NCBI GenBank assembly: GCA_965649765.1
Contig: OZ287754.1
Location: 52,824,001-52,888,000 of the forward strand
DNA from: Bispira polyomma
Taxonomy: Eukaryota
Direction of reading: 5' to 3'
DNA: 64,000 nucleotides
Of the stretch, positions 1 through 11,292 are shown piece after piece (position 1 is the first letter of the stretch; every line of letters begins with the position of its first letter). The notes under the pieces were generated by a model. That model worked only from the letters and a program-made list of their open reading frames with translations. It made no database searches and had not been told where the DNA came from. Both the position numbers and the translations under genes were made by a program.

Positions 1-694
1 AAATCTGGAGATCTGCTTGCCAATAACTCAAGCACATCATTATCTACAAATTCTGGAAAGATAAAATAAGACCAAAATAAGACAAATAAAGATAGTGCAT
101 GCGTCATGATGGAAATGCATCGGCAAGTGTCGTCACCTGTCAATATCGATGTTGCTACCTTAGATGTGATATATATATATATATCACCATAAAGCATTAT
201 ATTTTTAAAAATGTATAAATATATAGGTACCTTTCCTTTTCAGAAATAAACCATAGATCAATTTACTTTCTGTGTATTTTTGCCTTAGAAATGTGAACTG
301 GTGTACTTGACAGTATTTACTTCCAGTAGAACAGTTAGTTTTACATACAGATGATCAAGGTCAATAACTTGGGTCAAAAACTTGGAATGTTTGCTAATAT
401 GCAGAATAAGACAGAAGAATCATATGTTTTCATTATTTCTTTATTAACAATGTTTGATTATATGTACTTTTAGGACATGTATGGATAAATGGCATTTTGT
501 GATATATATCTCGATATTGCCCTCAGAACGTTACGCCGATATCGGAACAATTTTTATGTGCCGATGCTGGGACTAATTTAAAATTGTACTGAGCCCCACG
601 CTGTGGATAATCCTTCTAGAATATCTGTATGTATATTTAAGGAATAACACACGATAAACTATGAAAAACTACAATTTTGACCACACTTGGAGGT

Positions 695-961
695 TTTTTT
701 TTTTTGTTTTTTTTTAATTTGGATACTTAAAGTCCACTCTAGTACCTGTTTTAGGTTATATTGAGACGGGTAGTTGGAAACGCTGGAGGAAACACTGCAT
801 ACAGTTGATCAAGGTTCTGCAGAAAAACCAGCGGCCCACAGTAAGGAACTACCACCTTTCCCACATAGGCATCGACGGGATTCGAACTCACGCTGCCCAG
901 AGGTGAGAGACCAGTGATTGTGAAGCGCAATGCTTGCCAACCACTAGGCCACCGCGGCCCC
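695..961 (-). mobile_element. tRNA-derived SINE (Meta/MESC-like), family A copy 1, full length
   Basis: Minus strand has A box TGGCCTAGTGG, B box GAGTTCGAATCC and an A-rich tail. 15-bp TSD ACCACACTTGGAGGT at 680-694 and 962-976. Near-identical copies at 2197-2462 and 5433-5654. Confidence 0.92.
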
Positions 962-1299
962 ACCACACTTGGAGGTGCAGTAACACAAAAGCAAAGCCTA
1001 AGTGGTTTTTACGCTTCCAAGAGTGGTTTGGAATGTGTTATAACGATTCTAAGATCACAAATTAAATAGTTTTCCTTTGTGCTCTCACGACTTGGTCTCA
1101 CAGTGGCTTGAGTCGGGTCCGATACAGGCGTGTCAACTCGAGTTAAATAATAAATATTGAATAACATTTTTGGGGTGTAGACAGCTTGCAGATAGACCTT
1201 AGGTTCTACTGGGTGTACCAAATGCCTAGAAGTTGGAAGGGTTGAGCAAAGTCAAGTTTTTATTAATAGTATACTGGAATGTGGTAATATAGGTAAAAA

Positions 1300-1425
1300 G
1301 TATATGAATTTGTATTGGAAATGGACTACGATTTTAACAACTTTGTCAATGATGTTGCGCTTTAGAAGATGCCTGGCATCAATTAGGCGTGTGTTAAAAA
1401 TCTATCATATCATATTACATTACTT
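1300..1425 (+). mobile_element. 3' terminal fragment of an L2/CR1-type LINE
   Basis: CTTTAGAAGATGCCTGGCATCAATTAGGCG followed by a (CATATT)-like tail matches the 3' end of the LINE fragment at 8050-8302. Confidence 0.45.
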
Positions 1426-1636
1426 GCTTATCACACATAGTTGAAGACACGTGGCCATGTTTTCATAGTCATCCATATTGTCAACTCAAGTTTAACTGTT
1501 GGTGTGGGGAATGTAGGACGTTTCGGACACGGACATTTAGGACACGGACGTTCCGGCCTAGGACATTTCGGAGAGGCCTTTTTTCAAGGGTGGACGTTTC
1601 GGACAGATTTTTTTTTAAACAAATTTCTTTCTTTGC

Positions 1637-1760
1637 CATTGCACATGTGAAATTGGATTTCTTTTTATAGTGCACATGTAGAATTGGATTTCTTTTTCAG
1701 TGCACATGTGGAATTGGATTTCTTTTTTTCAGTGCACATGATTGTAGAATTGGATTTCTA
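1637..1760. repeat. ~30-bp tandem repeat, about 4 copies (GCACATGTGAAATTGGATTTCTTTTT..AGT), inside the MULE
   Basis: Directly visible tandem units. Confidence 0.9.
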
Positions 1761-1931
1761 TTAAAACCATTTACTATAGATTATTTATAGCAATAGCAAC
1801 TATAGCAATTATCACTATTGTTTACACACTAAAAAGCCCTCACCCTGTTTTGGGGAGAAAAGCCCTGAAATCCCAACAAAAACCTTCAAATTTACCCAAG
1901 TTAAGCATTAACTTCAAACTTATCAAAGGTT

Positions 1932-2187
1932 TGGAACAACAAATTCCAGAGCTTTGTTGGCCAAAGCCACCCGACAGTCTGGAAACTGATAGAATGCCTA
2001 CAAGCTGAATGTGCTCGGGTTTCCGCTGTCCTTTTTCAGGATAAAGACCCAAAGTATAAGACCCAAAAAGCGGACCAAGAAAATCTACACAGAACTTCAA
2101 ACTAGAATGCGCAATCTCTGTGAGGACTGATCTTCAGGTCGCAAATCCATAACAGATTTTCTTCGGGATGTAAGCCACAATTTGAGA
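1932..2187 (+). pseudogene. MULE transposase C-terminal remnant
   Basis: Manual translation WNNKFQSFVGQSHPTVWKLIECLQAE...(frameshift)...RPKKRTKKIYTELQTRMRNLCED*SSGRKSITDFLRDVSHNLR fits the animal MULE C-terminal pattern EGW(H/N)NxF...HPxxW...FLxxxxHN. Confidence 0.75.
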
Positions 2188-2196
2188 GGTGATCAG

Positions 2197-2462
2197 TTTT
2201 TTTTTTTTTTTTTTTTAATTTGAATATTTAACGTCCACTCTAGTACCTGTTTTAGGTTATATTGGGACGGGTAGTTCAAAACGCTGGAGGAAACACTGCA
2301 TACAGTCGGTCAAGGTTCTGCAGAGAAACCAGCGGCCCACAGTAAGGAACTACCACCTTTCCCACATAGGCATCGACGGGATTCAAACTCACGCCGCCCA
2401 GAGGTGAGAGACCAGTGGTTGTGAAGCGCAATGCTTGCTAACCACTAGGCCACCGCGGCCCC
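2197..2462 (-). mobile_element. tRNA-derived SINE family A copy 2, inserted in the MULE
   Basis: Same body as copy 1, with a poly(A) tail. 14-bp TSD TGAGAGGTGATCAG (2183-2196) / TGACAGGTGGTCAG (2463-2476) with 2 mismatches. Confidence 0.9.
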
Positions 2463-2853
2463 TGACAGGTGGTCAGCCAAACATTTAAAATGACAGTCTT
2501 TTCATTGTACATGTATCTTGTTCAAAATAGTACTGACTAGATTTGTTCAGTTAAAGTATAGTGGTAAATGATGCACAATAAATGTTTTTACCAGCAATCT
2601 AACTTCATATCTTCATTCAGAAATTTAAAAAACTCCGACAAAGAAAGAAATTTATACAAAAAAAAATAAACGTCCACCCTTGAAAAAAAGGCCTGTCTGA
2701 AATGTCCTAGGCCAGTACGTCCTGGGCCGGAACGTCCGTGTCCGAAAGGTCTGTGTCCGAAACGTCCCTCCACCTGGTGTGGGATGCCTAAACTTCAGTT
2801 GTTTTTTTCATTAATTTTTACCACCCGTGTTATAGGTACAGGCTTGTACTCAC

Positions 2854-2917
2854 CATGAAGCTCTTTTACAGGTTCATTAGGTGGGCGTTCTGGCAGGTCA
2901 TGTCCAAAAACTAAACT
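2854..2917 (-). CDS. Host gene exon (SLVFGHDLPERPPNEPVKELH)
   Basis: TTTTTCTTCTTAG acceptor, GTGAGT donor, open in phase 0->1. Confidence 0.65.
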
Positions 2918-2958
2918 CTAAGAAGAAAAACAACAGCAATAAACAATGCAATTACATA

Positions 2959-3126
2959 CAGTCAAACCCCTTCAAGTTGAACTCTGATAAGTGGAGTTAC
3001 CTGTTAACTAGAAATTATTATAAGGTCCAATTGCTATATTTAAAATTAAATTTTACCCTGTAGAGTTTCTGTTAGTAGTACTAATTTTTATGATCCCTTC
3101 AAATTAGACTTAACAGGGTTCCACTG
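2959..3126. mobile_element. Tc1/mariner-pogo type MITE
   Basis: TA|CAGTCAAACCC...GGGTTCCACTG|TA. A related copy in opposite orientation lies at ~49788-49962. Confidence 0.75.
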
Positions 3127-3512
3127 TATTATAATGCATTATTTTTATTATCTTTCAATTTCTTATTATCAATCAGCAACAAAATATTCATTTTAAACTG
3201 CATCACGTGACTGCAGTTTAAGGCGCATCATTTGGCATTTGGAAATGTATAAACAAACTTCACTTATCTCCAACAAAAATTGAGAAATTATGAGGTCAAA
3301 ACAGGTACTAAACTGTTAAAATACATATTTTATATTTTTTCTGCTTACATGATCGATAATAGGGAGGGCAAAGATATATGATAATAAATATTTGTAACAT
3401 TCTGTAATATGTTTTATGCAGTATTTCATGATGTAATATTTCTATATTGTAATATTAATATAACACTTTAACTATTAAAAGGTCAAAGCACAAAGCCTCT
3501 ACAACTGATATA

Positions 3513-3943
3513 CTGTTGAACCCCTCCAAGTCAAAAACTCTAAGGATCAAAAGTAAAACCTCTCCTTAGGCAGGATTTCCACAGCAAAGGGTAAATAGTA
3601 TAAAGAAAAAAGTATAGTGAGAAAGTGAGAGGTTTTGGCCAACATAAAATGGGAAATTGACTTCATTTATAGAATTTAGTTGGGTTTTTAGTTCGCTTTC
3701 AAGAGCGTAGGTCATATCACGACAGTCAGATTTAATGGCAGAAGAAACCAGCGCTGCATCACTACAAAACCACTGACCTATGGCAAAGTACATGACTTTC
3801 TCACTTGAAATAATGAACAAGATTCCAAGCCACATTGGTAAGAGGCCAGTAATTATATAACAGGCGCTTCTGCCCATAAGAGCACTGTAGCCCTAAAATT
3901 AACTTGATCAAGAGAGTTCTACTTGATTGTAGGGGTTTGACTG
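3513..3943. mobile_element. Tc1/mariner-pogo type MITE
   Basis: TA|CTGTTGAACCCCTCCAAGT...ACTTGATTGTAGGGGTTTGACTG|TA imperfect TIRs. Confidence 0.6.
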
Positions 3944-4481
3944 TAATTTCGCTTTTATTCCTAACGACAGGAGTTCAAAGAAAAAGGACTTTAAACGATT
4001 CAGGTTTTTTTTAAAGCAACAGAATTTTATTACTTTATCACATTTCTCTTACTTTCTATTACATATGTTTGAATTTGAATAATTATTTCTCACACTAAAA
4101 TCTTCCTAACATAAAGATATTTTTGCTCATTACTGTGCGTCTTTTGAGTACAGTAGAATCTCTATTGTACTAAAATAATGCCTCAAGAGTGATTCATAAA
4201 CCTTCTATTATCCAAACAAAATTGTGCTCTCCCAACATGTGTGTTTTCGTCACATGTATCAAAAACGGCCTATAAAATGAAAATTTAGAACAAATTATTT
4301 ATTGATTGATTGATTATTAATTATCAATTATTTTTACTTATTTCAAGTTATATACCAGTTGTTCCGGATAATAATAATGTAGGATAAAAATGCATTTTTT
4401 AAATATTTGATGACTCTTTGGACCCAATACAAGTAACTCATGGCGACTAATGATTTTGCTATTTTTAGCGTCTGTGTATAC

Positions 4482-4576
4482 CTTATGAACATCCCATTCG
4501 TACTCCGACATCTGACTTATACTATTCATCATCCTCAGGGTCATTGCCGGTTGTCTGTTGAAGGGTTGGTTGGGTG
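4482..4576 (-). CDS. Host gene exon (PNQPFNRQPAMTLRMMNSISQMSEYEWDVHK)
   Basis: TTATTTTTCAG acceptor, AAG|GTATAC donor, phase 1->0. Confidence 0.7.
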
Positions 4577-4659
4577 CTGAAAAATAAGGGAAAATACAGG
4601 TTGGTTGTTGGAATCAGCAAGACCCTTTTTCTGTCTAAAATTTTGTAACTTACATATTA

Positions 4660-4830
4660 CCCTAAACTCCCTCATAATAGCCCATGCTCTCATAAAAGCT
4701 CACCCCTAATTTTCTATAAATACTGTTAAAATTTTGAATGAAAAAACCACATTCTCTTTAAGAGCCCATCCCCTACATTCCCTTAAGTTCAAGTTAAAAG
4801 GCCCATGGGCCATTACAAAGGAGTTTAGGG
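4660..4830. mobile_element. Small MITE
   Basis: CCCTAAACTCCCTCATAATAGCCCATG is inverted relative to CATGGGCCATTACAAAGGAGTTTAGGG. Confidence 0.6.
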
Positions 4831-4895
4831 AAAATGTCATGAGCGAGAGAAAGGTTCACATATTATTTAGCTTTGGTTAACTTGTTTTTTTCATA

Positions 4896-5178
4896 CCGTT
4901 TTTTACCGTGATATAGCCCGGGTCTGAAAGATCACCGGGTAAGAATTGACGGGAAAACAATAAAATAATTAAACCCTGGATCCAAACTGACAGTATTTAT
5001 TCAAGGATTTTAGAACTACAATGGATTAATGAATAGCTTTTAGTCAGTAAACTTTTGATGAAATTTCGTAGTTTTTAATGAACGCCCTTACTCAAATAAT
5101 TACCAGGTCTGTTTGAATGCCTGTCTGTTTCAATTTTGAAAACAATGATCACCCGGGCAATATTACTGTAAAAAAAGG
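4896..5178. mobile_element. TA-flanked MITE
   Basis: TA|CCGTTTTTTACCGTGATATAGCCCGGG...CCCGGGCAATATTACTGTAAAAAAAGG|TA. Confidence 0.65.
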
Positions 5179-5432
5179 TAGGTGTCATCCTTTGGTATTT
5201 CCTAAAATGTAACACATGAGTTGACAATTAACCTCACAACACCAATGAGTTTAGCATAGAAACTTTTTGGAAAAGGATTTAACGTAAACATTTTTAATCG
5301 TGATATTATCATCATTATGACGCGATACAATCCTGAAAATCTGGTGATATTGTGATGCCATTTTTGACTGGTGTTGACATGACTACTTGGTTTTTTTAAT
5401 TTCTATTTTGTTAAACTATTAACCCATGATGG

Positions 5433-5654
5433 ATTTGAATTTGAATATTTAACGTCCACTCTAGTACCTGTTTAGGTTATATTGGGACAGGTAGTTGGAA
5501 ACGCTGGAGGAAACACTGCATACAGTTGATGAAGGTTCTGCACTGAAACCAGCGGCCCACAGTAAGGAACTACCACCTTTCCCACATAGGCATCGACCGG
5601 ATTCGAACTCACGCCGCCAAAAGGTGAGAGACCAGTGATTGTGAAGCGCAATGC
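5433..5654 (-). mobile_element. tRNA-derived SINE family A copy 3, 5'-truncated (A box lost)
   Basis: Same body as copy 1. Perfect 15-bp TSD ATTAACCCATGATGG at 5418-5432 and 5655-5669. (TTCAAA)-type tail. Confidence 0.9.
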
Positions 5655-5862
5655 ATTAACCCATGATGGCAAAAACCTGCCATTTTGATGTCAAACTAGT
5701 AACTTTTCAGAGTTGCAGTGTCAGTGCACAATTGTGAATGTACTTAGCGCCAAGAGCGGGGGGTGGGTGGGTGGGGGGGATATCCTGTTACACCGGGAAT
5801 ACCGTCTCATTACTAGTAAAAACTCGGCTTTACATGTGAGAGTAGCTGTAAAGTGTTCATAC

Positions 5863-5979
5863 TCTGAGGGGTTGTAGGGTTTTGTTGCATCTGTTGAGCG
5901 TATTCATGGTCCATTTCTTCCTGTAATCTTCTGGCCATCACCTCATCCGACTCTAAGTGTCCTAGAGAACTGGGCACTC
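5863..5979 (-). CDS. Host gene exon with MIU-like ubiquitin-binding motif (LESDEVMARRLQEEMDHEYAQQMQ)
   Basis: TTCTCAAG acceptor, GTATGA donor, phase 1->1. DExxARxLQEE pattern. Confidence 0.75.
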
Positions 5980-6030
5980 CTTGAGAAGTGGTAAAACAAA
6001 ATAATAAAATATATAGCACAGCCATACATT

Positions 6031-6246
6031 GATTGATTGGTAGGGTTTTAATGTCGCTTTCAACACATTGTATAGGTTATATCACGGCGGGCATTTTTAC
6101 TGGTGGGGGGAGGGGGGGGGGGGGGGGGTGTACTAGTCCATCAAGATTCTGCATTCTAAACCACCAGTCATCGGCAAGTAACTGCCAACTGACCCACATA
6201 AAGCCGAGATTGAAACCCACAACCTCAGAGGTGGGAGGCAGAACGG
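6031..6246 (-). mobile_element. Meta/MESC-like SINE family B, 5'-truncated
   Basis: Core TATGTGGG..AGTTGGCAGTTACTTGCCGATG is shared with 26658-26892. (CAAT)n tail. Possible TSD CATACATT at 6023-6030 and 6247-6254. Confidence 0.8.
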
Positions 6247-6855
6247 CATACATTACACATTCAAAAAAGTACAAGGTCCAACATCCACAAACAATTTGGT
6301 TCTGACCTAGTTCTGTCTAATGTAAAACCAGCCATTTTAAACACTGACAAGAGAAAATTGGTGTTGAGTTTAAGAGAAATTCAAGTTATATTTATTCCAG
6401 TTTGAGAGAATCTTCTGTGATATTGTACAAGTACAATAAATAATCAACATGAACATACTTCTGGAAAGATTGGCTAACAAACAAACAACACCAACCTTGC
6501 TTGATTTAAATGTTGAAACAATCTTTCAGAAGAAAAGAGCAAGAACCGGTGGACCGAAAAATATGTAATTAGGAAGAATTATTGTACAAAATTGTGTACA
6601 AACCTTGAATTACTTGTAATTTCATCATTATTATAGGCCAAAATTTTTATAGATTTGCAATAAAAAATATTTTTGTGGAGATCCATAATATGTTATGGCT
6701 CTGACTCATCATGTACACATTTTATGTATCACCAGATGTTAAAGCCGAGAACAACCGCAATAAACTAAATTTTGCCCGGAATTTTCTTTTTTCTTTTTTT
6801 TTGTGAACTGGTTATATAAATAACAAAATTTTTGAGATTGTAACACTATTCTTAC

Positions 6856-7474
6856 CTGTATTCCCACCAGTTTCTGCTGCGGTATCATCCAGGCAAATAA
6901 CCTCCAACCCATGCACACCTGCTGATATTGTTGATAACCCTGGACCACCCCTGGTGGAGTTTCCACCAGACCTAGACTTCCTCCTCCTACCTAATGAAGA
7001 TGATGTAGACTGGTTCCTAGACGTATCATTATCATCATTCCCATGACGACCACCATTCTTATTAGTTCCACTGTTAGTAGGATCACTGCCACTACTACTA
7101 CTACCATTAATACCACCTGCACCAGATAAGCTGATACCGTTTGTCTCTGTACTTAGGGGTGGAGGTCTGTCTTATTGGAAACATATCTAGTAGAATATCA
7201 CTGTCAAATAGGGACTGTCAATTATTTTTGGCAGAATCTATGACAGGGTTGTCTCTTGATTGTCTCTTCTTTGGAGTCTTTTTAGCTAAGACTTTACTGT
7301 CAGCTTTAGTAGAATTGGAATTGGCTCCTACAGCAGCCGATGAAGCACTGAGACAAGTAGCGCCGGTTTCTGGGGTTTCGTGGCTCGTCTGTTCAGATGT
7401 CACTGTAGCACTGGCAGGATTCTTCTTTTTCTGCTTCCTATTAAGAGACGCTCTGGTCACTCTGCCGCCATAGC
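6856..7474 (-). CDS. Host gene exon, disrupted (in-frame TGA plus +1 frameshift); SIM-like EVICLDD near its 3' end
   Basis: TAACAG acceptor, CAG|GTAAGA donor. The exon is 619 bp but 618 bp is needed for phase 1->1. The 5' part reads TRASLNRKQKKK..., and the 3' part reads NGISLSGAGG...EVICLDD in another frame. Confidence 0.7.
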
Positions 7475-8049
7475 CTGTTACAACAAATTTATAAGATAGA
7501 CAATAGAAATCTCTCTAATTTAGGGCTTCAATGTGTAGTAATTTTTTAAACTCCAGTAAAATTTTTAACAATTACTCTACTGTTTTAACAAATACTCCTT
7601 TCAGCAAAAAAAATCTAACCAATAAGTGTAGATTTATCATTAAAACTTGGAAGAAAATGACAATTTTTTTTTTGCTAATTTTATGTGATTTTTTCCTGTA
7701 AATTGCTGACATAAACCTAGAAAAGAGTATCTTTTTTTTTATTTAGTACTCTGAATAATTCAAATTTTTTCCTTAATTCTTTAACGAGTACTCTTTTACA
7801 GCGCTAATCTCATATTATCCAAACTTGTATTATTTTAATTTATTATCTGATTATTCTATTTAACCCTTTCGTCCCTTATGTTATAATGTAGAAAAGCAGT
7901 CTATGACAGATTGCTACTTCCAAAAATCTAAGTCTGTCGGCAAGCAGTCGCCACCCTAAAATTATTAATTTAGTTTCTTTCAGTTCCTTGAGATAGGAAA
8001 ATGTTAGTACAGCAAAACTCTGCATGCCGGAAGTAGTATGTGGTGTGTG

Positions 8050-8302
8050 TTTTAGTGACTCCATATCTGTGTTCAGGAAAAAGCTTAAAACCTACCTCTT
8101 CAAACCTGCTTACCCCACTGAGCTCTTAGTTCTTCCCCTGTACACCCCCACATCTTTCCTTACAACTGTGGCTATGTTCACAGTGTAGGGGCGATAATAG
8201 GTGGCGCTAAGACCTACCTATGTTTTTTGGAACCTCTCGATTGGTTAATAGATTCTGTTGTCACCCTTTAGAAGATGCCTCGCATCAATAAGGTGCTTTA
8301 AA
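8050..8302 (+). mobile_element. 5'-truncated L2/CR1-group LINE 3' end
   Basis: Translates SVFRKKLKTYLFKPAYP, the typical L2 ORF2 C-terminus, followed by a 3' UTR. Confidence 0.65.
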
Positions 8303-8344
8303 TATGAAAAAATACAGATGCAGTCTACTCTGTCCAACCTTTAC

Positions 8345-8492
8345 CTGAATCTGCGTAATGTTTCATATAACAGTCTCCATTTCCTCCTGTTGGCCCCTGA
8401 TCCATACTCTTCCAGACTGACAGTGCAGAAGTAAACCCAGCACTCATAATCCCAGCAGATTCAGGATTCAGCTCTTCAGGCAGCACACAAGC
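8345..8492 (-). CDS. Host gene exon (ACVLPEELNPESAGIMSAGFTSALSVWKSMDQG...)
   Basis: TTCTTACATCTGTAG acceptor, CAG|GTAAAG donor, open in phase 0->1. Confidence 0.75.
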
Positions 8493-9444
8493 CTACAGAT
8501 GTAAGAATAGATTGAAAAACCTCAATACCTTTCTATTAATACAATATAAAGTAACATCTCTATTAGTGAACATCTCTCTACAATAAACACTTTTCTTGGT
8601 CCCACTTCACACCAGTGTAGTGTACACAGTAGTGTTGTTAAAGGAATACTGGTAAAGCAGTTTTCATTCCGCTAGACCCAAAACGAACAACATACGGTTC
8701 GCATCTAATGATACAGGTTTTTGTAGCAAACTCACATTTCTGCAGTAAAATATCACATTTGCCATGATTTGGTCATATTTCACCATTTTAATAACTTTTT
8801 CAGTATTATTTATGTTCCAGTGCATGCGGGATTTCTAGGTAAGTTTGACATGAAACAGGAAGTACAGGTGAATAGCAATATTATTTACCGTAGAAAAGTA
8901 TTTAAGTTAAATGTAAAAACAAAATTTATCGGTGTTCTGTCAGTAACTTCTGAACTAAAACCGTTCTCCTACATCACAAGCGATAGCACCACTAGTAAAC
9001 AGTATTTTCGTCAAGCGAACATCTCTTCATAGAACTGAGAGTACAATGTAGTGGTTATTTGCATTTGATTATCGCCACAATTTCAACTAAATCAAGTGCT
9101 GATACATACCTAAACTCAACTATTTCTAATGTTTTCCACGTATACTAAAATAGGGAGTAAAATATACCCAATTGTGTCGCAAACTCTGGACTCGATGCAT
9201 CGCTACATTTGTCAGAGCCAAAGGATGCATCGATCACTCAAGTAATCGGCTCTATATAATGAACACAGTGGATGGATCCTGTAAGAGTTCACTATGTGTA
9301 GATTTTTACTGCAATATCAAATTGGAAAAGCAATATATGTCAGCTTTAAAGTAAAACCTTTGAATATCAGTCACATCTTGGTATTCTAATTTCTAAAATT
9401 AATATGTGAGAGAGTGCAAGATAATTATCAGCAATGAAATATGA

Positions 9445-10898
9445 AAATAGAGTACTCCTTTGCAGATGAAAGGAAATTGTTTTTGCAACAAAGCGTCCCA
9501 ATAAGACATTGAGCAATTTTCTGCATAAGCCCTCCGAGCCCAAAATTCCGGCGATATTGCTCTATCTTGCACCGTTTCCAAGGTAAACGCATTTTTGCAT
9601 TTAACGCAGAAATTCAACTTGGCGGCCAAAAATGGCGAGAGAGCGATTTTTAAAAAATTTTTAAAAAAAAATATTGCAAAAAAAAAAAAAAAATTTGACT
9701 TTTTTTAAAATTATAGAATTTTTGACTTTTGTGCAAAATTTTGACTTTTTTAAAAAAATTTCTGGGTCCAAAATTCAGCCGAAATCACTATCTTGCACCG
9801 TTTCTAAGATATTAAGCATTTTTCGTTTTCTTTTTATAATTAAGAATTTTGAATTTTTAAAAGTTTTTTACAGTTGCTAAGTTTTAAATTCACTGAGTAT
9901 ACTCTGTGGGCCCAAATTTCAGCCGAAATCGCTCTATCTCGCACTGTTTCCAAGATATTAAGGATTTTAAAAATGTTTTGACATTTTGCCTCTGGGCCCA
10001 AAATTCAGCCGAAATCACTATCTTGCACCGTTTCTGAGATATTAAGCATTTTTCGTTTTCTTTGTTGAGATTAAGGATTTTCTTTGTTAAGGACTTTTTT
10101 AAATTTTTTGACTTTTTTGAAAATTTTGACTTTGTTAAAATTTTTTTTAAAATTTTATAGCCTCTGGGCCCAAAATTCAGACGAAATCGTTCTATCTCAC
10201 ACCGTTTCTGAGATATTAAGGATTCTTCATTTTCTTTATTGAAATTGCAAAATTTTGACTTTTTTTTAAATTTTTAATTTTTTTTTAAAATTTTTGACTT
10301 TTTTTTTAAAATTTTGACTTTTCAAATTTTTTTTTTAAATTTTGACTTTTTATAATTTTTTTTAAAATTTTGACTTTTTAAAAAAAAAATTAAAAATTTT
10401 ATACCCTCTGGGGATTTTTCATTTTCTTTGTTGAGACTGCAAAATTTTGGCTTTTTAAAAAAAAATTACCTTTTATTTTTTTTAAAATTTTTGGAAAATT
10501 CGACTTTTTGCAAAATTTTTGAATTTTTTAAAATGTGATGACACCATATTCAAAAAATTTTCCCAGGTCTACTGCATACATGTGCCAAATTTGAAGAGAA
10601 TTCGCCCAGTGGTTGCTGAGCTATAGCCAATAGAAAAGGCGGGAGCCGGCGGCCTTCCGCGTGAATTTTCTCCTGTATACAAAACAAGGGAAATATTTTT
10701 TGTCACGCATTTTCAATTGGCTATAGCTCAGCAACCACTGGGTGGATTGGGTGGATTCTCTATAAATTTGGCACATGTAGGGGCAAATTTTCCATATAGT
10801 GTCATCACATTTTGACCAATCAGAGAAGTCGCATGACCAAAAATGCGTAAAATGTTTCTCCTATATACAAACAAGCGCCCTTACGGGACGCTTCATAA
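9445..10898 (-). mobile_element. Helentron-associated non-autonomous element (HINE-like) with internal degenerate satellite
   Basis: Subterminal IR AAGCGTCCC (9491-9499) / GGGACGCTT (10885-10893). Terminal hairpin AAGCGCCC-TTAC-GGGACGCTT. About 5 repeats of GAAATCGCTCTATCTCGCACCGTTTC. Its end is shared with ~32300-32420. Confidence 0.65.
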
Positions 10899-11292
10899 CG
10901 CCATGCCAAATGGACACAATCTACACTGATTAAATTAAAGATCACTTTTTTCATCGTTTTTACAGTTTAACTTTCTTCCAAGATAACTGATTCAACTTTG
11001 TTATGCATGGGCAGAAACTTGCTTGAGTTTGAAACTTGTTTTTTTTGTCAGCACATGAATGTCACGTTTGTCTTTATAATCTGTTAAAATAATTTACATG
11101 CTAAATCTGTATTTTGTGTATTTTTAAATTGTCACTAAAGAGCCCATAGGGGCTGAGAACTATTGTTATGTTCTAGTGACAGAAATAAACAAATAAATTA
11201 AATTAACTGTATGGCTGGAATGGAACATGTTGTGAATACGACTGGAATATCACAATATATTGACATACGATTTTCAGGCACACAATACTCAC

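Larger units (their letters stand above)
1509..2774 (+). mobile_element. Non-autonomous Mutator/MULE deletion derivative with nested SINE
   Basis: ~125-bp imperfect TIRs (1509-1634 / 2638-2774) built from GGACGTTTCGGACAC-like subrepeats. 9-bp TSD TGGTGTGGG at 1500-1508 and 2775-2783. Contains a transposase C-terminal fragment. Confidence 0.85.

Noticed and set aside
875-961. tRNA gene
   Set aside because: The A/B boxes are the head of a multi-copy SINE with body, tail and TSD.
751-5672. Similar ORFs 751..966 and 5472..5672 as paralogous peptides
   Set aside because: Chance frames within SINE copies.
7218-7220. Selenocysteine or readthrough TGA in the host exon
   Set aside because: A frameshift follows within ~60 nt and no SECIS was recognised. 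A nonsense change or sequence error is simpler.
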